Source: Candidatus Multivoradales bacterium
GTDB lineage: Bacteria > Acidobacteriota > Thermoanaerobaculia > Multivoradales > J023
Reading direction: 5' to 3'
Assembly (NCBI GenBank): GCA_965248925.1
Contig: CBDFLE010000006.1
Span: 1,952,001 to 2,016,000, forward strand
Length of the DNA stretch: 64,000 bases
The translations under genes were made by a program, and so were the position numbers. The notes under the pieces were generated by a model. That model did no database searches and was not told the origin of the DNA. It worked only from the letters and a program-made list of their open reading frames with translations. Shown one piece after another: positions 57,994 through 64,000 of the stretch (position 1 is its first letter; each line of letters begins with the position of its first letter).

Positions 57994-59391
57994 TTATCGC
58001 GGGGCGGCACCCACCACCTCGGTCCAACTGCTGAATCCGACGTCTTCGAAGTCACCGCGGAAGATCCCCGCCGTGCTGGTGTTGATCTGAATCTGAGTCC
58101 CCGAGCAGGTCCCCAGCCAGAGATCGAGATTGCCGTCGCCGTCCAGATCGACCAGCTCGATATCAAAAGTGCCATTGGTCAACCAAGAGCGATCGGCGCC
58201 TTTCAGCGGATCGCTGTAGCTGACTGTCGGGCCTGAGCGCTGCCCGCGCAGGATGACCATGCGGCGGTCACAGCCGGCCAGATCGGTGTCGACATCGGCC
58301 ACCACCACATCGACAATGCCATCGCCATCGAGGTCGCCGATCTTGACGTTGCCACCAAAGCCCTCGGTGATCGGGCTGTTGGTCACCGCGGTGGTGATCC
58401 ACGTCGCCCGCCCATCGACATCGTTGCCCTGGTTGGTCAGATAAACATCTTGCTCGTCGTCGACGACGTAGAAGTCTGGCCGACCGTCGCTATTCCAATC
58501 CGCGGGCTCGACCATGTAAGGCCCGCCGGAGCCAGGACTGTAGATCAGGTCCATGAAGGTGAAATTGCCAGTGCCGTCGTTATACAGCACTCGCACCGAG
58601 GGCACCGTTCCCGGTGGCGCGCCGTTGCCACTGGCGTAGTTCTTCACCAGATCGTTCCAGCCATCGCCGTTGACATCGAGAATGTGGGAATCGGTGCCGA
58701 ACACCGACTCGGACATGGCGGCGGTCATCCGGGTGGCGGTCTGGTCGGTGAAAAAGCCACTGCCGTTGTTGATCAGCAGCCGGTCTTCGAGGTTGTTGTC
58801 ATAGTCGACGAAAAACAGATCCGGCGCGCCATTGCCGGTGACATCGCCGAAGCCTACGGCGCAGAATTTCGGCGCTGGCGAGAAGGTCGGCAGCCGGTTG
58901 TCGGCCGCGGTGTAGAGGAAACCTTGCCAAGTACCTCCCCCATCGTTGCCCAGATTCATCAAGATGCGCGGCTGCTCGCTGAAGGTGGTCACGGTCACCA
59001 GATCAAGCCAACCGTCACCGTCCACATCGACCAGGACCACGTCGCGGCTGTCGTCGGGATCAAGAAAATCCGGAGCCAGGGTCGAGGTGCGGTCGACCAT
59101 CGTCCCGGCCTCGTTCATGAACAGCACATTGGGCTCCGCTCCGGGGGTCGAGAATCGAGCCTTGCGAGCGACGATCACATCCTTGTCGCCATCGCGGTCG
59201 ACATCCCCGGAGACAATGTCCTTCTCCACCGGATCCGTCGCCCCAACACCACTGTCCGCCACCAAGCGAGTCGCGGTCTGATCAGCGAACTCAACCCAAT
59301 CGCCACCCAGCGACGGCAAGGCAAAGCAGGAGGTGAGGACCAGACAGAGCAACACCGGTTCGATGCGGCGATGGCGATTCGAAGGTTCCAT
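57994..59391 (-). CDS. Secreted FG-GAP/VCBS-repeat beta-propeller protein
   Basis: Signal peptide; seven DxDxDGxxD repeats; C-terminal IFRGDFEDVGFSSW. Confidence 0.85.
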   Translation of the reverse strand: MEPSNRHRRIEPVLLCLVLTSCFALPSLGGDWVEFADQTATRLVADSGVGATDPVEKDIVSGDVDRDGDKDVIVARKARFSTPGAEPNVLFMNEAGTMVDRTSTLAPDFLDPDDSRDVVLVDVDGDGWLDLVTVTTFSEQPRILMNLGNDGGGTWQGFLYTAADNRLPTFSPAPKFCAVGFGDVTGNGAPDLFFVDYDNNLEDRLLINNGSGFFTDQTATRMTAAMSESVFGTDSHILDVNGDGWNDLVKNYASGNGAPPGTVPSVRVLYNDGTGNFTFMDLIYSPGSGGPYMVEPADWNSDGRPDFYVVDDEQDVYLTNQGNDVDGRATWITTAVTNSPITEGFGGNVKIGDLDGDGIVDVVVADVDTDLAGCDRRMVILRGQRSGPTVSYSDPLKGADRSWLTNGTFDIELVDLDGDGNLDLWLGTCSGTQIQINTSTAGIFRGDFEDVGFSSWTEVVGAAPR

Positions 59392-59525
59392 TCCTGACTC
59401 CTTGGCGACAGCTCAGATCCACCGAACAGCACGTCTTGGCGAGACCTGTCTTGACTTGGTATTTAGGGCCGAGCTAGAAGTATAGCCGGCTGACAATTTC
59501 TTGCCTAGCCAGCTAGCCGCGACCC

Positions 59526-60260
59526 TCAGCTCCCCTCTACCAGCTCCAAAGGACGCGGATGCCGCGCCCAGATCCGCCTGAGGATCTCGCTCTCGCGACC
59601 GGTGATGGCGTCGAGAAAAAGCTCAGAACCGCGAATCTTGCGGAAGGCTTCAAAACCTCGCACCAGAAACTCCTGTAAATCACCAAGCCCGGCCAGCCGC
59701 GCCGGTTGGCGGCCCAGGCGCAGGGCAAAGTAGACTCCGGGCTTGCTGACAATGCGATCGAGATCCTCCCCCACGCGGCGGATCAAGTCGATCTGTCTTA
59801 GACGCTGCGCACGATCCTCGCAACGGCGTATCGCGGCAGCCCACAGCTGATCGTCGAGCTCACCGTCGAGAGCCGCACCCAATTCGCCGAGCAGGCTCTC
59901 ATCCAGGTCCAGGGTCAGCACGTTCATCTCCACCGCCAGAGCAAGAGTTTGAATCACTTCCCGCGGCAAGGTGCGCACCAACAGCGGCGCAATACGCTGC
60001 AAGTCGCGATAGCGCTGAGTGAAGTCGCGGGGGGCATAGAGATCGCTGAGAAAGAATCGTACCGCCGCTCCAAATCGCGGGCTCTGCAGCAGATCGTGGT
60101 GAGTGCGAGCCAAGCGAGCGGACTGCCAAGCTGCGAGGCGATAACGCCGCTGGGCGGTGCCCGGTTCGTCTTCCCGGCGGCGCAACTCCCCCAGGCGCCG
60201 CAGATGGTGCGCTAGCAGCTCGGCCCCCTGAAGGCCACTCGGCCGCTCCTCACTCGCCAA
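59526..60260 (-). CDS. Conserved hypothetical protein (FFLEELY-motif-like)
   Basis: WQSARLARTHHDLL..PRFGAAVRFFLSDLYAPRDF; GLGDLQEFLVRGFEAF. Confidence 0.7.
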   Translation of the reverse strand: MASEERPSGLQGAELLAHHLRRLGELRRREDEPGTAQRRYRLAAWQSARLARTHHDLLQSPRFGAAVRFFLSDLYAPRDFTQRYRDLQRIAPLLVRTLPREVIQTLALAVEMNVLTLDLDESLLGELGAALDGELDDQLWAAAIRRCEDRAQRLRQIDLIRRVGEDLDRIVSKPGVYFALRLGRQPARLAGLGDLQEFLVRGFEAFRKIRGSELFLDAITGRESEILRRIWARHPRPLELVEGS

Positions 60261-60371
60261 GATCGCCCTACCTCCTGCCTATTGGGAACACGTTGGGATC
60301 AACTGCGTGGATTGTCGCACGCCGAGCCCACCCTCGGTATAGTCGCAGGAACCAACCGCTGGGGAGCATCC

Positions 60372-60833
60372 ATGGCGCAGGAGATCGAACGTAAATTTCT
60401 GGTCCGCGGCCAACAGTGGCAAGCAACGCCCGGCAAGCTCTACCGCCAAGGTTACCTGTCGACCGACCCCGAACGCAGCGTGCGAGTGCGCATCGTCGGC
60501 AACTGCGGCCTGTTGACTATCAAAGGCAAGAGTGTCGGCATCAGTCGGTTGGAGCTGGAGTATGAGATCCCGCTCGCCGAAGCCAACCAACTGCTTGAGC
60601 AGCTCTGCTGGCGGCCGTTGATCGAAAAGACCCGGCGGCGGATCGAGCACCGCGGTCATCTCTGGGAGGTCGACCAATTTCACGGCATCAATGAAGGCCT
60701 GGTGGTCGCCGAGGTCGAACTGGAGCGAGCCGGTGAAGCCGTCGATCTGCCACCGTGGGTGGGCGAAGAAGTCTCCCACGATCCGCGCTATTTCAATTCC
60801 AACCTGATCGCCCACCCGTTCAGCGATTGGTAA
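60372..60833 (+). CDS. CYTH-domain protein (triphosphate tunnel metalloenzyme)
   Basis: MAQEIERKFLV (ExExK), QGYL, LTIKG, ELEYEIP, IEKTR, WEVDQF, AEVEL. Confidence 0.92.
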   Translation: MAQEIERKFLVRGQQWQATPGKLYRQGYLSTDPERSVRVRIVGNCGLLTIKGKSVGISRLELEYEIPLAEANQLLEQLCWRPLIEKTRRRIEHRGHLWEVDQFHGINEGLVVAEVELERAGEAVDLPPWVGEEVSHDPRYFNSNLIAHPFSDW

Positions 60834-60835
60834 AC

Positions 60836-62257
60836 ATGAAGAAGAATGAACTCGACAAGATCGGCATCCCCCAGGGCCCAGTGCGGGCCGGTGTTGCCAA
60901 ATTCGCTCGCCAGCAGGCTGCCAGAGGCGTGGCCTCGGCCACCATCCGTCAGCAACTCGAACAGGTTGTCGCCCAGCCGGATCAATTCCTTGGCCAACAG
61001 CCCTTGGGCGAGTTGGCCAGCGCACTGCTGGCGCCAGCTGCGAGGCCCCAATTCAAGGGCCAATCGCCACCGGCACCGTTCAAGCAGTGGGGAGCCGATC
61101 TCGACGAAGCATCGCTCGATCAGCTGCGCAACGCCTGTCAGCTGCCGATCGCGGTCCGCGGCGCGATCATGCCCGACGCCCACCGCGGCTACGGCTTGCC
61201 GATCGGTGGCGTGCTGGCCACTCGCGCCGCGGTGATTCCTTACGCGGTAGGGGTCGACATTGCTTGCCGGATGAAACTCACCGTGCTCGACCTCCCAGTC
61301 TCCGCCCTCGACGAGCAAGAAGATCGGTTGATCCAGGCGATCGAGAGCGAAACCCGCTTCGGGATCGGCTCCAAGTTCAAGGCTCGCCGCCAGCACCCGG
61401 TGCTGGACCGGGACTGGTCGATCACCCGCCTGACCCGCAACCTCAAAGACAAAGCCTGGTCACAGTTGGGCTCGAGCGGTAGCGGCAACCACTTCGTCGA
61501 ATTCGGCGTTCTGGAAGCAACACTCGACAACCAAGCACAGGCCGTCGGCCCCGAACTAGGCTTAGAAGCAGGCCGCCGGTACCTGGCCCTACTCAGCCAC
61601 AGTGGCAGCCGCGGCGCAGGCGCCACGGTGGCGGCCCACTACTGCAAGCTAGCGCAACAGCAACATCCCGAACTACCGCGCCAGCTCAAGCATCTCGCCT
61701 GGTTGGACCTCGACTCGCAAGAGGGCGAGGAATACTGGCAAGCGATGAGCCTGATGGGTCACTACGCCGCCGCCAATCACGCTTGCATCCACCGCCACAT
61801 CGCCAGCAACCTGGGCGTGGAAGTGCTCCTCGATGTAGAGAATCACCACAACTTCGCATGGAAAGAGACCCACGACGGCGAAGAGGTCGTGGTGCACCGC
61901 AAAGGCGCCACCCCGGCCGGCAAAGGCGTGTTGGGAGTGATTCCGGGCTCGATGGCCGACAACGCCTACATCGTGCGCGGCAAAGACGGCACGGGTTCCC
62001 TCTCCTCGGCCAGCCACGGCGCCGGCCGGGTGATGAGCCGTACCCAGGCCAAGAAGAAGCTGAACTGGGAACAGGCCAACCAGCTCCTGCGGCGCAAGAA
62101 AGTCAAGCTGCTATCGGCCGGCATCGACGAAGTGCCGATGGTCTACAAGAACATCGAGACCGTGATGAGCGAACAACGAGACCTGGTGCAGCCCCTGGCC
62201 CGCTTCGCCCCGCGACTGGTAAAAATGGCCCCGGCCGGCGAGCGACCCGAAGGCTGA
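60836..62257 (+). CDS. rtcB: RtcB-family RNA 3'-phosphate/5'-OH ligase
   Basis: MPDAHRGYGLPIGG, VGVDIAC, GSGNHF, HSGSRG, HHNFAW, HRKGAT, SHGAGR, DEVPMVYK. Confidence 0.93.
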   Translation: MKKNELDKIGIPQGPVRAGVAKFARQQAARGVASATIRQQLEQVVAQPDQFLGQQPLGELASALLAPAARPQFKGQSPPAPFKQWGADLDEASLDQLRNACQLPIAVRGAIMPDAHRGYGLPIGGVLATRAAVIPYAVGVDIACRMKLTVLDLPVSALDEQEDRLIQAIESETRFGIGSKFKARRQHPVLDRDWSITRLTRNLKDKAWSQLGSSGSGNHFVEFGVLEATLDNQAQAVGPELGLEAGRRYLALLSHSGSRGAGATVAAHYCKLAQQQHPELPRQLKHLAWLDLDSQEGEEYWQAMSLMGHYAAANHACIHRHIASNLGVEVLLDVENHHNFAWKETHDGEEVVVHRKGATPAGKGVLGVIPGSMADNAYIVRGKDGTGSLSSASHGAGRVMSRTQAKKKLNWEQANQLLRRKKVKLLSAGIDEVPMVYKNIETVMSEQRDLVQPLARFAPRLVKMAPAGERPEG

Positions 62258-62266
62258 GAGCCTCTT

Positions 62267-62294
62267 CGTCCGGCCCCCAGCCGGACGTTATCTC
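62267..62294 (+). terminator. Stem-loop after rtcB (probable terminator)
   Basis: CGTCCGGC-CCCCA-GCCGGACG followed by TTATCTC. Confidence 0.45.
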
Positions 62295-62302
62295 TGAGGG
62301 AT

Positions 62303-62475
62303 ATCGGGTGGATCTGGATGGCTGCCCACCCAGGCCCTCCACAGATCCGGAAGTGCGAGTTTCCCGCATCCGGCTCCTCGAAACATAGATTCACTACGTG
62401 CATAGCGGTGGAGGATCCGGGCCTCTGGGAGAGGATAACGTTCGCTCAAGCGTTTGAACTTCCCCTATGTGCCAA
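62303..62475 (-). mobile_element. Group II intron 3' remnant (end of RT/maturase ORF, domains V and VI)
   Basis: Minus strand GAGCCGGATGCGGGAAACTCGCACTTCCGGATC (DV with AGC triad), then a DVI-like hairpin ending ACCCGAT; preceded by T*GKFKRLSERYPLPEARILHRY, resembling maturase C-termini. Confidence 0.8.
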
Positions 62476-62739
62476 GGTAAGTGAGACACTCAAGTAGCGA
62501 GAAACTAGTGAGGGCGTGGAGAGCCTCGCTCGGCTGGCAGAGCGTAGGTCATAACGTGCACCGATAGTCCTAGGGCTCGATACGATGCGAGCAGCGACAG
62601 GGGTTGTCTTGCCCACCGACCGGCGCCAACTGACACGATTCGGTTGCCGCGACCGCCGCCTCCACCACCGGTATACAGGATCTTGCCACCAGCCAAACAC
62701 ATCCCAGCGCTGCCACTAGCAACAGCGACCGCAAGAGCT

Positions 62740-64000
62740 TCATCGGCTCACTTCCTGGGCAACAACCCGCCCATCGCTAGCGATCCGAGAGCGGCGCTCG
62801 ACCGCGAAACCTGGCAAGCGAATCACCGGTCGTGACTCGGGCGACAGGGAGAGGATGTAGGCCACCAGACTCCATCGATCATTCTGTTCCGGAAGCGCGC
62901 TGTCGAATGCCGGCATCGGCGTACCGTTGAAGCCTGCCACCAGGGTCCGGTAGACATCCTCGGGCTCGTGGCCATTGCGAAACACCCACTTGTTGGTCAG
63001 GTTGATCAACCGAATCGGCTGTCCCCAACTATCTTCGAGAGTAGCCGCGGAAGGCCCGTCCCCCAACCCACCATCGCCGTGACACAGTGCGCATTGAATA
63101 TCGGTGTAGATCTCCATGCCGCGGGCAACCAAGATCTCCAGATCCGCTGGCGGCGGCGGCACCTCGATCGTCCGCGGCCCAGCGCCACTCCTCAGCTGGT
63201 CGCGGAAATCCTCCGAGAAGACGATCAAGTAGCTCGACACATCGCGAATCTGATCGGCGGTGAGAAACTGCCCCCAGGCCGGCATCGTGGTGCCTGGAAC
63301 TCCCTCGCGAACCACCCGTTCGATGTCCTTCAGCAGTGGCAACTCGCCGTTTGCGGTCGTCCGGAATTTGTAGACCCCGCCGGTGAAATCACGCGGCTTG
63401 ACATCGAAACCGGCCGCCAAGAATCCTTGGCCGTCGCCCTGAATGCCGTGGCAAACAGCACATTGTTGGAGATAGATCTGCTGCCCGCGGCGCATCGACT
63501 CAGCCGCTGGCAGATCCTCCGCAACCGCGACCGGCGGCGGGTTGGGATCGTACTTCTGGCCTGGCCGCGAAGCCGTTCCCGGCTCGAGATAGCGAATCGC
63601 CTCGAGTGAAATCTTAGGCGGCTGCTGGCGGGCCCAGTTGCCCTCGGCAGCGAAACCCTGCCCGAGCATGTCGTACAGCTTGAAGAAGTCGACCGCCCGG
63701 CAATCGGTCAGTACCTCCCTGAGTTCATGGTAGTAGCGTTCGAAGGAGTAGCTGAACGACACTCCCTGACCACCCAGCAAGTGGATCAGGCCAGTGGCCG
63801 AGTCGACTACCGCTTCTTGGTGGAAAAGGTACCGATAGTAGGGGCTAGTAGGACCACCAATATGCTCCAGAAACTCCACCCAGGGGACCGGAGAGGCAGG
63901 ATCGATGTCCACCAAACGATCCTTGACATTGACCCCGTACACCCCACCATAGGCCTCGAAGAAGTCCGGGAACATGGTGTCCATCCAGCGGTGCTCACCG
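62740..64000 (-). CDS. c-type cytochrome with at least two haem-binding domains (5' end outside the window)
   Basis: CAVCHG...PRDFT...GTTMPAW and CALCHG...GTPMPAF; frame is open to the window edge. Confidence 0.85.
   Translation of the reverse strand, partial: GEHRWMDTMFPDFFEAYGGVYGVNVKDRLVDIDPASPVPWVEFLEHIGGPTSPYYRYLFHQEAVVDSATGLIHLLGGQGVSFSYSFERYYHELREVLTDCRAVDFFKLYDMLGQGFAAEGNWARQQPPKISLEAIRYLEPGTASRPGQKYDPNPPPVAVAEDLPAAESMRRGQQIYLQQCAVCHGIQGDGQGFLAAGFDVKPRDFTGGVYKFRTTANGELPLLKDIERVVREGVPGTTMPAWGQFLTADQIRDVSSYLIVFSEDFRDQLRSGAGPRTIEVPPPPADLEILVARGMEIYTDIQCALCHGDGGLGDGPSAATLEDSWGQPIRLINLTNKWVFRNGHEPEDVYRTLVAGFNGTPMPAFDSALPEQNDRWSLVAYILSLSPESRPVIRLPGFAVERRSRIASDGRVVAQEVSR

Noticed and set aside
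62267-62303. Class IIC intron inserted behind the rtcB terminator
   Set aside because: The hairpin lies at the intron's 3' side, and domain V is near full length with an AGC triad, unlike the shortened CGC-type IIC domain V.

Overview
GC-rich bacterial chromosomal window; gene content is suggestive of an Acidobacteriota/Thermoanaerobaculia-like diderm (inference). The centrepiece (5366-31196) is a ~26 kb, divergently arranged, non-canonical enediyne-type polyketide locus. It holds TWO intact, diverged PKSE-type iterative synthases (KS-AT-ACP-KR-DH-PPTase), each directly followed by a DUF1702 (E3/UnbL) gene, plus two near-identical UnbV/E4-like lipoprotein genes with a TPR tail, an AraC regulator, an MMPL/RND exporter and two paralogous Cys-rich secreted proteins of unknown function. 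No E10 thioesterase, E5/UnbU or oxidative tailoring genes are visible. Left of it is an MglA-like GTPase/roadblock/two-component/sigma54 signalling island. Right of it are a broken metzincin-lectin gene, a two-NTPase island at tRNA-Ala(GGC), ordinary genes (TlpA, ComF, PDZ histidine kinase/NtrC pair, MacAB-like ABC exporter, GspE-like ATPase, Thr/Ser dehydratase, CYTH, RtcB, cytochrome c), a parS-like site, three sigma54 promoters and a group II intron remnant. At least five accessory genes carry nonsense mutations or deletions while the PKS locus is intact. All family calls come from motif recognition by eye, not database searches.
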